Below are positions 1 through 10,168 of a stretch of DNA of 64,000 nt, one piece after another; the stretch's first letter is position 1; every line of letters begins with the position of its first letter. This stretch comes from Candidatus Kaiserbacteria bacterium (GTDB taxonomy: Bacteria > Patescibacteriota > Minisyncoccia > Phycocordibacterales > UBA2100): NCBI GenBank assembly GCA_016217925.1, contig JACRFK010000003.1, forward strand, positions 78,925-142,924, written 5' to 3'. The notes under the pieces are model-generated. The model was not told where the DNA came from. It searched no databases and was given only the letters and a program-made list of their open reading frames with translations. The position numbers and the translations under genes are program-made.

Positions 1-2
1 TT

Positions 3-362
3 TTAATTCCGCGCGGACTTGCAGTACAGGCGACTCCCGACAAAGTCGCGGCGCATTTGGCTGCGCAAAAGAGGGAAGGGGAGGCAAAGGAACAACAGAA
101 TAAAGCTATCACAGAAGCTGTGCACAGCCTGAATGGTGCACGTATCGAAATGAGTGCGCGAGCGACAGAAAAAGGCGGGCTCTTCAAATCAATTACTGCC
201 GCGGATATTGTAAAAGCGATTCAAGAACAAAGAAAGGTGCATATTCCGCTTGAGACGATAGACCTGCCGAAACCCATCAAAGAAGTAGGGGAGCACGCGC
301 TCAAAATCGCCTATGATAAGGCGAAGGTGGAGATGGTTCTCGCGATTATCGCGAGCGTTTAA
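3..362 (+). CDS. rplI: 50S ribosomal protein L9 (5'-truncated by window edge)
   Basis: Frame from position 3 reads [11 protein letters not shown]... and [12 protein letters not shown]...PIKEVGEH, both L9 motifs. Confidence 0.9.
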   Translation, partial: LIPRGLAVQATPDKVAAHLAAQKREGEAKEQQNKAITEAVHSLNGARIEMSARATEKGGLFKSITAADIVKAIQEQRKVHIPLETIDLPKPIKEVGEHALKIAYDKAKVEMVLAIIASV

Positions 363-631
363 ACGACTTCAACAATGCGGCGGCGCACTGAGCGGCCGTC
401 GAAATTGGTCTTGCGCTTGGAGTGGAAACGTACGGTGCCTGCAGACATCGCAAAGAGGGTGTGATCTACGCCGACGCCGATATTTTTGCCGGCCATGATG
501 GCGGTGCCGCGCTGGCGTACGATAATCTCGCCGATACCGACTTTTTGGCCGTCCGCGCGCTTCACGCCGAGATACTTCGGATTCGAATCGTTCAGGTTAT
601 GCGCTGTTCCCCCTGCTTTGGTATGTGCCAT
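359..631 (-). CDS. rpmA: 50S ribosomal protein L27
   Basis: MAHTKAGG...LGVKRADGQ...IIVRQRGT...DHTLFA. Confidence 0.97.
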   Translation of the reverse strand: MAHTKAGGTAHNLNDSNPKYLGVKRADGQKVGIGEIIVRQRGTAIMAGKNIGVGVDHTLFAMSAGTVRFHSKRKTNFDGRSVRRRIVEVV

Positions 632-658
632 ATTGCTGTCGTTGTATGATTAACTAAC

Positions 659-1018
659 ATGCAGAATATACACGAATGGTATCTAAAAATCAAGGTTTTC
701 GGGGAGGGATGGATAGCCGAATGGGGCATTGTGGTCATCGTCTTTCTGGTCGCTCTCGCATCCTTCGGCCTCGGCCGGCTTTCGGCCCTGGAAGACACGA
801 AACCGCTCGTTTCTATCACTGAGGCCCCGACGGACGCAAGACCAAGTCCAGCAGCCCCCGGAGGCCTGTATGTCGCGGCCCGGGGCGGCAGCGCCTATTA
901 CTATCCGTGGTGCACGGGCGCCAACAGGATAAACGCTGCCAATAAGGTGTGGTTCGAGAGCGAGGCAGCCGCACGCAAGGCAGGCTACTCGCCCGCCAAA
1001 GGCTGCAAAGGACTATAA
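659..1018 (+). CDS. membrane-anchored hypothetical protein with Ada-metal-binding-like C-terminus
   Basis: One hydrophobic helix, then YVAARGGSAYYYPWC...FESEAAARKAGYSPAKGC. Confidence 0.65.
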   Translation: MQNIHEWYLKIKVFGEGWIAEWGIVVIVFLVALASFGLGRLSALEDTKPLVSITEAPTDARPSPAAPGGLYVAARGGSAYYYPWCTGANRINAANKVWFESEAAARKAGYSPAKGCKGL

Positions 1019-1020
1019 AA

Positions 1021-1103
1021 CGAAAGTATGGAGTATGGCGTATTGTGTATGGCGGGAAAAAATACAGGTACTTCATACTCTATACTCTATACGCTATACT
1101 TCG
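1021..1103. repeat. inverted arms of tandem heptamers (GTATGGN-like x4 / NATACNN-like x4)
   Basis: gtatgga gtatggc gtattgt gtatggc ... catactc tatactc tatacgc tatactt. Confidence 0.8.
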
Positions 1104-1107
1104 CTGC

Positions 1108-1698
1108 ATGATTGTCCTCGATGTGGAAGCAACAGGCGTGGAGCCCAAGAAGCACTCCATTGTAAGCCTCGGGGCACTCGACCTCGCGAATCCCACGAAC
1201 CGTTTTTATATGGAATGCCGCGTCTGGGATGGTGCGCACATCATGGACGAGGCGCTCGATGTGAATGGCTTTACCCGCGAACAGGTGACCGACGAAAGCA
1301 AGCCGAGCGAGGCCGACCTCACCCATGCCTTCCTACAGTGGAGCGAGGGAGTCGAAGAACGGACATTTGCCGGACAGAATGTTTCGTTCGACCGCGACTT
1401 TCTGAAAGAAGCTGCAGAGAGAGCCGGACACACAGAATGGCCGTTCGCGCACCGCACACTCGACACGCACACGATGGCATTCATGCATATGATCCACCGC
1501 GGCCTCCAGCCGCCGGTCAAACATCGCCGCTCGGCATTAAACCTCGACGCGGTACTCAATTACTGCGGCATCCCCGAAGAACCGTCGCCGCACAACGCGC
1601 TCACAGGAGCCTTGTCACATGCAGAGGTGGTCGCACGTCTACTATACGGGCGCAAACTCCTACCGGAATTCGCCCAGTTCGATATCCCCTGGAAGTAA
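1108..1698 (+). CDS. DEDDh 3'-5' exonuclease (DnaQ-like)
   Basis: IVLDVEATG, GQNVSFDRDFL, LDT, HNALTGA; start moved to ATG 1108. Confidence 0.88.
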   Translation: MIVLDVEATGVEPKKHSIVSLGALDLANPTNRFYMECRVWDGAHIMDEALDVNGFTREQVTDESKPSEADLTHAFLQWSEGVEERTFAGQNVSFDRDFLKEAAERAGHTEWPFAHRTLDTHTMAFMHMIHRGLQPPVKHRRSALNLDAVLNYCGIPEEPSPHNALTGALSHAEVVARLLYGRKLLPEFAQFDIPWK

Positions 1699-1717
1699 CA
1701 TTTCACAGTTCAAACGT

Positions 1718-2212
1718 ATGCGTATCGTCCGAAAATTCGGGATGTATCTCTCGCTCACTATAATTTCGGTGGTGCACGCAGTGCGCTACTGGACCTCTTT
1801 GCGTACGAGCAGCATTCAGGGCGTGCGCGTCATTCTCGTACAGGACCGCAAGGTCGTTCTCGTTACTCATTGGTATGCGCCGTGGACATGGACCTTGCCG
1901 GGCGGCGGCGTGAATAAAAACGAAACGCCCGAAGCAGCGGCTATACGCGAAGTGAAAGAAGAAACGGGATTCGACGTGAAATCGCTCGCGGGTGAAATAG
2001 GAAAATATAAGGGCACCTGGGGAAGGGGAGATATGGTGGCGGTCTATTATACGGGCGATTTCGGAGGTTCCCTCGCCCTCACGCCGAATATCGAAATAAT
2101 GGGCCGCAGCTGGTTTGATATTGATAATCTGCCAGAAGAGATCTCTCCGGCCAACCGCCGCCGCATCGAAGCATACCGCGACGGCGTCCGCGGCGAGGTG
2201 GGAAAATGGTGA
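1718..2212 (+). CDS. NUDIX hydrolase
   Basis: Nudix box PGGGVNKNETPEAAAIREVKEETG. Confidence 0.88.
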   Translation: MRIVRKFGMYLSLTIISVVHAVRYWTSLRTSSIQGVRVILVQDRKVVLVTHWYAPWTWTLPGGGVNKNETPEAAAIREVKEETGFDVKSLAGEIGKYKGTWGRGDMVAVYYTGDFGGSLALTPNIEIMGRSWFDIDNLPEEISPANRRRIEAYRDGVRGEVGKW

Positions 2213-2729
2213 TACCTCTACTAAAAGGGGAGAGAGGCAGATGAACGGCAACGATACCCTGTACAGGTTCGGGGCGCGACCCCGCTTGAAGTTCGCTAAA
2301 CTTCGGAATGAATTCCGCCAATCGCTGTCGCGCAACTGCCCTCAATCGAATTTATTTCATCGTCGCGGAACTCGTGTTGGGGACAACTACTCTTGACAGG
2401 GTAGTGGTCTAATGTGGTCTGTGGCCTAATATCTCAACGTCGCACAATATATCTTTTGCGACGTATAGCTAGGCACAAATAAAGCATCCCCGCCAGGACC
2501 TGCCTCCGGCACGCACAAAGTCCCGACTTCCGCCGCTCCCGTGTCTCCTAGCCCCGTATAAGAGGTCAAAACAGCCTCAGGACCGTCTGCCGGGCCGCCG
2601 GCTCCCCCAAGCCCATCTCGGCCTTTTTCTGGAATCCAGCCAAGCATTCCGTCGACCCAGCTCCCCTATGACCCAAAAGCCCAAAAATCGGGGGACTCAG
2701 AAGCGTCTATTTTCTGGTATAGTTTCCAT

Positions 2730-3185
2730 ATGGCGGAACGACCGAATAGTTGGATACCGAAGATTGTTTCGAGTGGATTGGGTGCCCCAAAAGACGAAGT
2801 AGCAAAACCGAATACGTTGGCCGGAGGCGCTGTTCAGGGCGCTGATGCACAACCTGCCGAGTTGACTGATGAAGCGATGCTGGCAAGAGACATTGCTTAT
2901 GTCTCCGCAAACAAAGAGCGTGTGATGCAAATGGGCAAGAGAGTCGGGGAAATTGTGAGATTCATTCTCGATCTGAGGGATTTCTCCGAAAAGGACGAAA
3001 CTATTGCGTTACGGATTAAGAACATGCCCCGTATGGAACTTGCTGACGTTGCGGCGCATATCTTGGATAGTAATGAACTTCAGTGGCAAAAAGATCCAAC
3101 GTTTTATATGACAATCGTTCGCCACGGTGGCGCTCGAATGGAAAGATTGAAAGAGATAGCAGCGCGACCACGTCCAACTGAGTAG
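2730..3185 (+). CDS. hypothetical protein
   Basis: 151-aa ORF with protein-like composition; no motif recognised. Confidence 0.55.
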   Translation: MAERPNSWIPKIVSSGLGAPKDEVAKPNTLAGGAVQGADAQPAELTDEAMLARDIAYVSANKERVMQMGKRVGEIVRFILDLRDFSEKDETIALRIKNMPRMELADVAAHILDSNELQWQKDPTFYMTIVRHGGARMERLKEIAARPRPTE

Positions 3186-3346
3186 CTCCCACACGACGGT
3201 CGTGTTTTGCGGTCCGGGACCCTTGGCTTCCCTTTTGACTTCGGAAATCGGGAGGTAGACTGCAGTCCTGCACGCCTCAGGATTCTCACGCGAAAGATGC
3301 GAGGTGCGTGGGCGCCCTGTTCCCCAAAATGGGCGTGCCAACTTCA

Positions 3347-3376
3347 CCCCGGGCCAGCTTGCCCGGGGGCTTTTTT
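3347..3376 (+). terminator. intrinsic terminator-like hairpin
   Basis: ccccgggc-cagctt-gcccgggg followed by a T-run. Confidence 0.6.
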
Positions 3377-3406
3377 CTAGGAGAGATAATTCTGTATACT
3401 GTGCCT

Positions 3407-4039
3407 ATGTACAAGGAGAGAATTCGGGCGGTACTCTCCCCTCTCGAGCGCAAAATTTTTTCCAAACTCGCGACAGCAAAAAAAATTCAAGATTTTTTGG
3501 ACAAACTTCCGATAAATTTTGAACTTCGCGGCGAGACGTACATGTCGCCGCGGCGGCTTTTGCGCGAGCATACTGCACATTGTTTTGAGGGGGCCCTTTT
3601 GGCTGCCGCGGCTTTTGCGTATCACGGACAGCGGCCGCTTTTGTTGGACCTCCAGACGCTGCCCTCCGACGAGGATCATGTCGTAACGCTTTTTAAAGAG
3701 AACGGGCTTTGGGGCGCTATCAGCAAGACCAATCACGCGATTCTCCGCTATCGCGACCCTATCTACCGGACAGTACGCGAGCTAGCGATGTCGTATGCGC
3801 ACGAATACGTGTTGGAAAACGGCAGGAAATCTATGCTCGCGTATTCGAGGCCGTATGATCTCCGGCAGTTTGCGCCGGAGCGTTGGGTGACGGAAGAAGA
3901 AGATCTCGTATGGCTCGTCGATGCGCTCGATGATTCTCGCCACTCCCCTATTGCCCCGAAAAAATCTATGCGCACACTCCGGCCTGCATCAAAAATAGAA
4001 TTGCGGGCATTGGAAATCGAAGAGTGGAAAAAACGTTAA
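3407..4039 (+). CDS. transglutaminase/papain-like fold hypothetical protein
   Basis: AHCFEGALLAAA...DHVVTLF...WGAISK (Cys-His arrangement); TATACT lies 6 nt before ATG 3407. Confidence 0.7.
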   Translation: MYKERIRAVLSPLERKIFSKLATAKKIQDFLDKLPINFELRGETYMSPRRLLREHTAHCFEGALLAAAAFAYHGQRPLLLDLQTLPSDEDHVVTLFKENGLWGAISKTNHAILRYRDPIYRTVRELAMSYAHEYVLENGRKSMLAYSRPYDLRQFAPERWVTEEEDLVWLVDALDDSRHSPIAPKKSMRTLRPASKIELRALEIEEWKKR

Positions 4040-5349
4040 GGAAGGTACGCCATGGGGTTGAGGAATCCGGCCGGAGGCGTAATGGGAATGGTTGCTCGCG
4101 AACATGCGGACGTCCTCTTGGTCGCTTCGCCGAAGGTCAGGATTTTGGTCACGGCTGTCACGTACACGCTCAGGTGGAGGTGCGGCCCGGTGGCGTATCC
4201 TGTAGCTCCGACGTTGCCGATTATTTGTCCGGTCGCCACGCTCTGACCTTGCACCACAGAAATTTGTGAGAGGTGCCCGTAGAGCGTCGAGAGGCCGTTC
4301 AGGTGCTTTATCATGATCCACTTGCCGGCTGAGTAGCAGCCTTTATAGAGGTCGGTATTTCCTGTGGCCCACACGGTACCCGAGAGAGCCGCTTTGACCG
4401 GCGTGCCGATAGGAGCGCCCATGTCGATGCCATTATGGCCTTTGCCATTGTAAGCGCCGCTTTTTGCAAAGTCCGATTGCCCGAAGGTTTGTGTCAGTCG
4501 GATTTTGTCGAGCGGCCACTTAAGAATGCCCCTTCGCGCTGTGAGGATTTGAGAAGGATCAACATTCTGCAGGTACTGCTCCTTGAGGTCGTTGAGTGCG
4601 GCTTCGAACGCTGTTTTTCCGGCAATTTTCTGTGCCAATATCGCTTGGTATGCGGATTCTTGGGATTTTGTCTGTGCCAATAGATCGCTCTGCGCCTTTT
4701 TTTGCGCATTCAACGAGCCCTGTTGGGCAACGAGAGTGTTCTGCTGAGCGAGCAGCTCGGCGCGTTTCTCTTCCGTTTTTTTCTTTACTTCAGCGAGCGA
4801 TTGTTTTTCCTCTGCGAGTTTGGCAATCTGCTCGTTGATAGCCCCTTGGAGCGTTTGGTATGAATCCATTTCGCGCCAGGTGTCTGCAATATCATCGGAA
4901 GCGAGTACCTGAACGGCAAGCGACGTTTCGTCCGACTCATTCATTTGCCGGAACGACTCCGCGAGCCCGGCGGCGTCAATATCGATGGAGCTTTGCTTTA
5001 CCGCGATGCCTTGCGCAAGCTGTTTGATTTGCAATTGCGTCGAGCTGATCTTGCTTTTCGTCGAAGCAATGGACGCGGCGCTTTTTTTGAGCAGCAGGTT
5101 CAGTTCGTTGAGGTCGTTCTGAAGGCTTTTCTTTTTGGTGCCGACGGCATCGAGTTGTACTTGGTATTGAGCGATCTCCTTGTCGAGCTCGGCTATCTGG
5201 GTGTTGTGGGCGTCGATGAGGCCTTGTATTTCTGCGGATGTCGGAGCGGTGGTCGTGCTTTGTGCCCACGACGCAAGTGGAAAAAGAGCCAGGGCACATG
5301 CGATCACGCCGACCGATAGCGTGGCCGCTCCTCTTATTCCCGCATTCAT
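4036..5349 (-). CDS. coiled-coil M23 peptidase (EnvC/NlpD-like)
   Basis: Signal peptide, long coiled coil, HNGIDMGA, LYGHL, TGPHLH. Confidence 0.9.
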   Translation of the reverse strand: MNAGIRGAATLSVGVIACALALFPLASWAQSTTTAPTSAEIQGLIDAHNTQIAELDKEIAQYQVQLDAVGTKKKSLQNDLNELNLLLKKSAASIASTKSKISSTQLQIKQLAQGIAVKQSSIDIDAAGLAESFRQMNESDETSLAVQVLASDDIADTWREMDSYQTLQGAINEQIAKLAEEKQSLAEVKKKTEEKRAELLAQQNTLVAQQGSLNAQKKAQSDLLAQTKSQESAYQAILAQKIAGKTAFEAALNDLKEQYLQNVDPSQILTARRGILKWPLDKIRLTQTFGQSDFAKSGAYNGKGHNGIDMGAPIGTPVKAALSGTVWATGNTDLYKGCYSAGKWIMIKHLNGLSTLYGHLSQISVVQGQSVATGQIIGNVGATGYATGPHLHLSVYVTAVTKILTFGEATKRTSACSRATIPITPPAGFLNPMAYLP

Positions 5350-6656
5350 AAGGTCGAAAGGTGTGACAAGGCCGAATCAATGCGGCGCATAGCAGCCTCT
5401 TTGCCGATGAGAGAGGCGATGATGAAGGGGTCGGGGGATTTTTCGCGGCCGGAAAGGGCGACACGTAAAGGCCATAGTACGGCACCTCTCCCCTCTTCTG
5501 TCGCGTAAGGAAAAATCACCCTCTTTATTTCGTCGCTATTGAATTCTGAGACACTCCCTAAAAGCTCGGCCACTTTCTTTAGGTGCTTCGCCGCAGTCGC
5601 CGCGTCTGTCTTTGCACCTTTTAAAAGCAGGTGTGGTTCGTATCCTATCTTTTCAGACAAAAAATCATACTCACCGCTTTTGATAAGCTCCGCGGCTTCA
5701 CCAAACGTCCGCGCGCGTTCTTTGATGAGTGCGACGGGCAGCCTCGTCACATCTGCATCCGTGAATTCTTTGAGAAGGTCAGCGTATTGCGCGTCGGTAA
5801 GACGCTTCGAATGTTCGTGGTTGAGCCAGAGTAGTTTTTCCGTATCAAATACAGCACCGCTTTTGTGAACACGCTCGAGGGAAAAGGCTCGGGCAAGCTC
5901 TTCAAGCGTAAAGACTTCCTGCTCACCTCCGGGATTCCAGCCCAAAAGCGCAAGGTAATTCACGAAGGCTTGCGGCAAAAATCCCTGTCTCCGGTATTCA
6001 TTGACCGAAACCGCCCCGTGGCGTTTGGAGAGCTTCGAGCGGTCGGGGGCGAGGATGAGCGGTATATGGGCGTACACGGGTCTTTTGAACCCCAGACCTT
6101 CGATCATGAGTATTTGCCTCTGTGTATTGGAGATGTGGTCCTCGCCCCGGATGACGTGCGTGACGCCCGTCTCGTGGTCGTCAACGACAACAGCTAGGTG
6201 ATACAGCGGATCGTCGACGGACCGTGCAATGATAAAATCTTTAAGTTCTTCCGTTTTAAATGATACGGGGCCGCGCACGAGGTCGTCGAACGTAACGGTC
6301 GTGTTTGGGTTCTTAAAACGTACGATTTTTTTGTCGGGATTATCCGTCGCCGCTTCAGCCTCATAGGCATGTCCGCTTTCGATCAGTTTTTTGATGTAGC
6401 CGCGATATACGTCGATGCGCTCTGATTGCCTCCAGATAGCAGACTCGTCTTTCCCCAAAAGCCCGAGCCAGCGCATTCCCGCGAGAATGTCGTCTTCATA
6501 CTCCTTTTTGTTCCGCTCGGTGTCGGTGTCCTCAAAGCGCAGGTGCATGGCACCTCCTTCGTGAGCCGCAAAAAGATAGTTGAAAAGCGCCGTACGCGCC
6601 CCCCCGATGTGAAAATAACCGGTCGGCGACGGCGGAAAACGTGTTACGACGGTCAT
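5346..6656 (-). CDS. gltX: glutamate--tRNA ligase
   Basis: RFPPSPTGYFHIGG, LRFEDTD, THVIRGEDH, KLSKR. Confidence 0.96.
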   Translation of the reverse strand: MTVVTRFPPSPTGYFHIGGARTALFNYLFAAHEGGAMHLRFEDTDTERNKKEYEDDILAGMRWLGLLGKDESAIWRQSERIDVYRGYIKKLIESGHAYEAEAATDNPDKKIVRFKNPNTTVTFDDLVRGPVSFKTEELKDFIIARSVDDPLYHLAVVVDDHETGVTHVIRGEDHISNTQRQILMIEGLGFKRPVYAHIPLILAPDRSKLSKRHGAVSVNEYRRQGFLPQAFVNYLALLGWNPGGEQEVFTLEELARAFSLERVHKSGAVFDTEKLLWLNHEHSKRLTDAQYADLLKEFTDADVTRLPVALIKERARTFGEAAELIKSGEYDFLSEKIGYEPHLLLKGAKTDAATAAKHLKKVAELLGSVSEFNSDEIKRVIFPYATEEGRGAVLWPLRVALSGREKSPDPFIIASLIGKEAAMRRIDSALSHLSTL

Positions 6657-7795
6657 ACAGGCTCATGCGAAATAGAGGTTTCAAGGAGCGTGAGAGCGAT
6701 CTTCCTAGCCGCATCCGGACGCGCGAATGTGCGGGCAGCGTCAGACATCTTCCCGCGTAGTACGGCGTCGTTCGTAATGCGGTCTATCTCGGCCACAAGA
6801 AGGTGTGGAGTAAGATTGCGTTGCTCGATGACGACCGCCGCCCCGGAGCGTGCGTACGAGAATGCGTTCTCGATCTGGTCGTGGGAAACATCTTTCGGTA
6901 TCGGCACGAGGATAGACGGCAAGCCCCAGCTCGCTATCTCAAAAATGGTACCCGAGCCCGCGCGTGCGACTACGACGGTAGTGATACCCGCTGCCATACG
7001 CAGTGCAAGTGTATTGAGAAGTCCGAACATCTTGTAACGATTTGCATATTGGGAATCCTTGAGGACTACGGAAGCAACACTGCTCACGTCTTGCACGTTT
7101 GCGACCCCGGCCTGATGTACGACGTTGAATTGAGAGGTCAATTCGCCGAGCGCGTCGAGTACGACCTCATTGATAGTGCGAGCACCCTGAGAGCCGCCCA
7201 TAATAAAAACGGTCGGGACTGTCGGGTCAAGTTTTAGAAATTCATACCCGCCTTCTTTTGCCGGCTGGATGATCGCTTTGCGTATGGGATGTCCTACGGC
7301 GACTATGTTGCCTTGGACCCGTGCCGGATATTTTGCCGCAGACGTAGGATGTGCGACCGCGATCCACTTCGCAAATTTCGCGGACCATAAGGAAACCCGC
7401 CCTGGCGTCGCATCGGCGTCGTAGATGATGACCGGTATCTGGAGAATGCGTGCGGCAAAGAGCGTCGGGAAAGCGGCGTAACCGCCGGTAGAAAAAACGA
7501 CGTCAGGATACAAACGAAAAAGCTGTCTTGTGGAGCGGATAATGCCGGCCGCATTCGTGAAAAAGCTGAGTATGTTGAGCGCGCTTGCGTATCTGCGCAC
7601 TTTGCCGGCCGAGGTCGGGACGAATGTAATATCATGCTCAAGCAGAGCCTCGGCATCGAATGCCGGAGGGCCGACGTAATAGAGCTCCGGCTCGATGAGC
7701 GTTCGTTCATGGCAAATCTCTTCTATCGCCTCGGCGACCGCGATAAGCGGGTAAAAATGCCCGCCAGTCCCCCCGCCGACTAAGACAATACGCAT
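6653..7795 (-). CDS. murG: lipid II GlcNAc transferase MurG
   Basis: GGGTGGHFYP, GGSQGA, RAGSGT, DQIENA. Confidence 0.95.
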   Translation of the reverse strand: MRIVLVGGGTGGHFYPLIAVAEAIEEICHERTLIEPELYYVGPPAFDAEALLEHDITFVPTSAGKVRRYASALNILSFFTNAAGIIRSTRQLFRLYPDVVFSTGGYAAFPTLFAARILQIPVIIYDADATPGRVSLWSAKFAKWIAVAHPTSAAKYPARVQGNIVAVGHPIRKAIIQPAKEGGYEFLKLDPTVPTVFIMGGSQGARTINEVVLDALGELTSQFNVVHQAGVANVQDVSSVASVVLKDSQYANRYKMFGLLNTLALRMAAGITTVVVARAGSGTIFEIASWGLPSILVPIPKDVSHDQIENAFSYARSGAAVVIEQRNLTPHLLVAEIDRITNDAVLRGKMSDAARTFARPDAARKIALTLLETSISHEPV

Positions 7796-7839
7796 CGGGG
7801 TATTTTATCATACTCACTTGCTATATGGTGCCACGCGAT

Positions 7840-7874
7840 AAAAAAGCACATAGGTCGGTTCTCTGTGCTTTTTT
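7840..7874. terminator. hairpin with A/T tails; near-identical copy at 56675-56705
   Basis: aaaaaagcacatag-gtcggtt-ctctgtgctttttt. Confidence 0.65.
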
Positions 7875-7886
7875 GTCACAGAGGAG

Positions 7887-8987
7887 TTATTTGACGCCCT
7901 TGTGGCGCGAGATATTGAGCAAAATGCCCGCACTTAGGAGCGATATCAACATCGCGCTTCCCCCTTGGCTTACAAAGGTAAGTGGCACGCCGGTGAGCGG
8001 TGCAAGCCCCAGCATTGCCGCGATATTAATGAAGGCTTCTCCGGCGAGATAGGTGGAAATGCCGACCGCGAGAAGCCCACCGAACATATCCGATGTGCGT
8101 GCAGCGACCACGTAGCCTCGCAGCGCAAGCGCGAGAAAGAGTAAGACGATAATGGTGGAACCGATAAAGCCAAGCTCCTCTCCTGCGACGGCGAATATCG
8201 AATCCCCCATCGCTTCCGGCAGATAGGTAAATTTTTGCACTCCCTGCCCGAGGCCGCGGCCGAAAACCTGACCGGAGCCGATAGCGATAAGCGATTGCGC
8301 GATCTGATAGCCTTCTGCTTGTTGATTTTGAGCGGGATTGAAGAACGTAACGATACGCTCCTGCACATGCGGCTTCATATACGCGAGTACCGCGAGCGAG
8401 ATAAGCGCAACACACAAAAGAATGGCGACATCGCGCATCCGTGCCCCCGCTGCGAAGAAAACGGCCACGACACTCATACAGATAATGCCGAGCGTCCCGA
8501 TGTCGGGCTGCATGACAAGGAGGACTATCGGAGCGATGAGTATCGCAGCGAGCCCTCCGACACCCCACGTAAACGTCTCGGCTTTTGAGCGTATAGCCGA
8601 GTAATACGCCGCGGCGATGAAGATGCTTGCTATTTTCAAGAGCTCCGACGGTTGGAATGACACCCCGAAGATGACTATCCATCGCTGCCCTCCCCCGTGC
8701 GCAAACCCGAGATTAGGAACGAAAACGAGCAGCATTGCAGCGAGCGCGAAAGCAAAAATATACGGAGCAAATTGCCGCCAATGTCGGTAGTTGATATTGA
8801 GCGCGATGAGGAGAAGCACCATGCCACCTCCCACCCCGAGGACAAGATGATTGAATGCAACGGATGTAATGCTGGAAAATCCCCGACCGAGAACGCCGAA
8901 TGCAGCTGAAACAAAGATCATGGATCCCCCGAGGAGCAGGGCAAAAATGATGAACGTGAGCGGCTTGTCTATGCGTGCGTGTTTCAT
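7887..8987 (-). CDS. ftsW: SEDS peptidoglycan polymerase FtsW/RodA
   Basis: RWI...FQPSELLK, QPDIG, GYQIAQS, LPEAMGDSIFA, TGVPLTFVSQGGS; lies between mraY and murG. Confidence 0.9.
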   Translation of the reverse strand: MKHARIDKPLTFIIFALLLGGSMIFVSAAFGVLGRGFSSITSVAFNHLVLGVGGGMVLLLIALNINYRHWRQFAPYIFAFALAAMLLVFVPNLGFAHGGGQRWIVIFGVSFQPSELLKIASIFIAAAYYSAIRSKAETFTWGVGGLAAILIAPIVLLVMQPDIGTLGIICMSVVAVFFAAGARMRDVAILLCVALISLAVLAYMKPHVQERIVTFFNPAQNQQAEGYQIAQSLIAIGSGQVFGRGLGQGVQKFTYLPEAMGDSIFAVAGEELGFIGSTIIVLLFLALALRGYVVAARTSDMFGGLLAVGISTYLAGEAFINIAAMLGLAPLTGVPLTFVSQGGSAMLISLLSAGILLNISRHKGVK

Positions 8988-9052
8988 CCCGCTCTTTCTA
9001 CGCCGCTAAAGTAATTATGGACCATAGGATTACTTGAAAGGGCGGGATTCAT
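8982..9052 (-). repeat. ATCCCGCCCTTTC-ended palindromic element encoding a 22-aa mini-ORF
   Basis: Minus strand ATGAATCCCGCCCTTTCAA...GTAGAAAGAGCGGGATGAAA; relatives at 27511 and 54494. Confidence 0.8.
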
Positions 9053-10119
9053 TGTACGGGCAACGCGCTGAGGGCGATGATGACGCCCGCGAACGCGAAG
9101 ACCACAGAAAGCACCCAATAACGCATGACGACTTTCTCACCGGGCCATCCGATAGCCTCGAAGTGGTGATGCAGCGGCGCGATGCGCAGGAGCTTGCGAC
9201 CGAAGAACTTTTTGGAAACGACCTGCGCGATATCGGAAGCGACCGTGACGACAAGAAGCGCCCCGATGACTGGTAGCACGGAGATACCGACGCCTCCGCC
9301 GAGAGAGTCTGTCATAAAGGCGACCGCCCCGAGCGCGAGCGTCAATCCCATTGTGCCGGTGTCAGACATATAGAATCGCGCGGGAGGGATGTTGAACCAG
9401 AGGAATGCGAGTAATCCGCCAACGATGCAGGCAGTAAATGCTGCAAGGTCAATTTGGTCCTGTGTAAAGGCAATGATGGTATAAGAAGCAAAAATACTCC
9501 CAAAGACACCGCCTGAAAGCCCGTCGATGCCGTCAATAACGCCGGACGCATACAGCGCGAGCGATACGAGGACGAAAAGCGGGATGATGAGCCATCCAAT
9601 CTCAAGCGGAGCGGCGAACGGAATGTTGATAGCGGTCATAGCAAGTTTGTCCCAGAACCACCAGCCAATGAACGAGGCAAGAAGGACGACGATGATGACA
9701 CGATAACGCAAGCGCAAACCTTCTCCCTCCGGACGGATGACCAGCATGTCGTCTACGAACCCGACGAACGCACCAACAAGAAGGGTCGCGAATGGCAGCC
9801 ACGTCTGATTGCGGCTCAAAAAGTTGAGGTCTGTCGTTACGACAGCCGGAAAGAGCTTGGCGAGCGCGGCGATGCCAAAGATAGTAAGAGCTACGCTTCC
9901 CCACACCACGATGCCGCCCATGCGGGGAGCGCGGACCTCGTTCTCGATATGAAGTCGATTGAATTCATGCGCGGTGTTGCCGTCGAACGCTAGTTTGCCT
10001 GGGCGTTTTTTCCACGTCTTGTATTTATAGAGATAATGGCTGAGTAGCGGGGTGCTCACCATTCCTATGGCGAAAGCAACGGCAGCGGGAACGAGTATGC
10101 GGACGAGGTCGGGGACCAT
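9049..10119 (-). CDS. mraY: phospho-MurNAc-pentapeptide translocase
   Basis: PRMGG, GFVDD, IDGIDGL, FNIPPARFYMSDTG, APLHHHFE. Confidence 0.95.
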   Translation of the reverse strand: MVPDLVRILVPAAVAFAIGMVSTPLLSHYLYKYKTWKKRPGKLAFDGNTAHEFNRLHIENEVRAPRMGGIVVWGSVALTIFGIAALAKLFPAVVTTDLNFLSRNQTWLPFATLLVGAFVGFVDDMLVIRPEGEGLRLRYRVIIVVLLASFIGWWFWDKLAMTAINIPFAAPLEIGWLIIPLFVLVSLALYASGVIDGIDGLSGGVFGSIFASYTIIAFTQDQIDLAAFTACIVGGLLAFLWFNIPPARFYMSDTGTMGLTLALGAVAFMTDSLGGGVGISVLPVIGALLVVTVASDIAQVVSKKFFGRKLLRIAPLHHHFEAIGWPGEKVVMRYWVLSVVFAFAGVIIALSALPVQ

Positions 10120-10168
10120 ATTTTGCCATTGTACCCCGACTGTCAAATTTTGCCCTGTGGAAGGGTAG

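Noticed and set aside
949-1107. N-terminal extensions in the ORF track (exonuclease, mraY, ung, rmuC, infA, M16 peptidase, AMP-binding enzyme)
   Set aside because: The extensions run through repeats, neighbouring genes or the tRNA; downstream ATGs match family starts and usually follow a -10-like box.
2396-2700. C-rich intergenic stretch as RNase P RNA, tmRNA or SRP RNA
   Set aside because: Signature sequences (GAGGAAAGTCC, tRNA-like ends, SRP loop) were not found on either strand.
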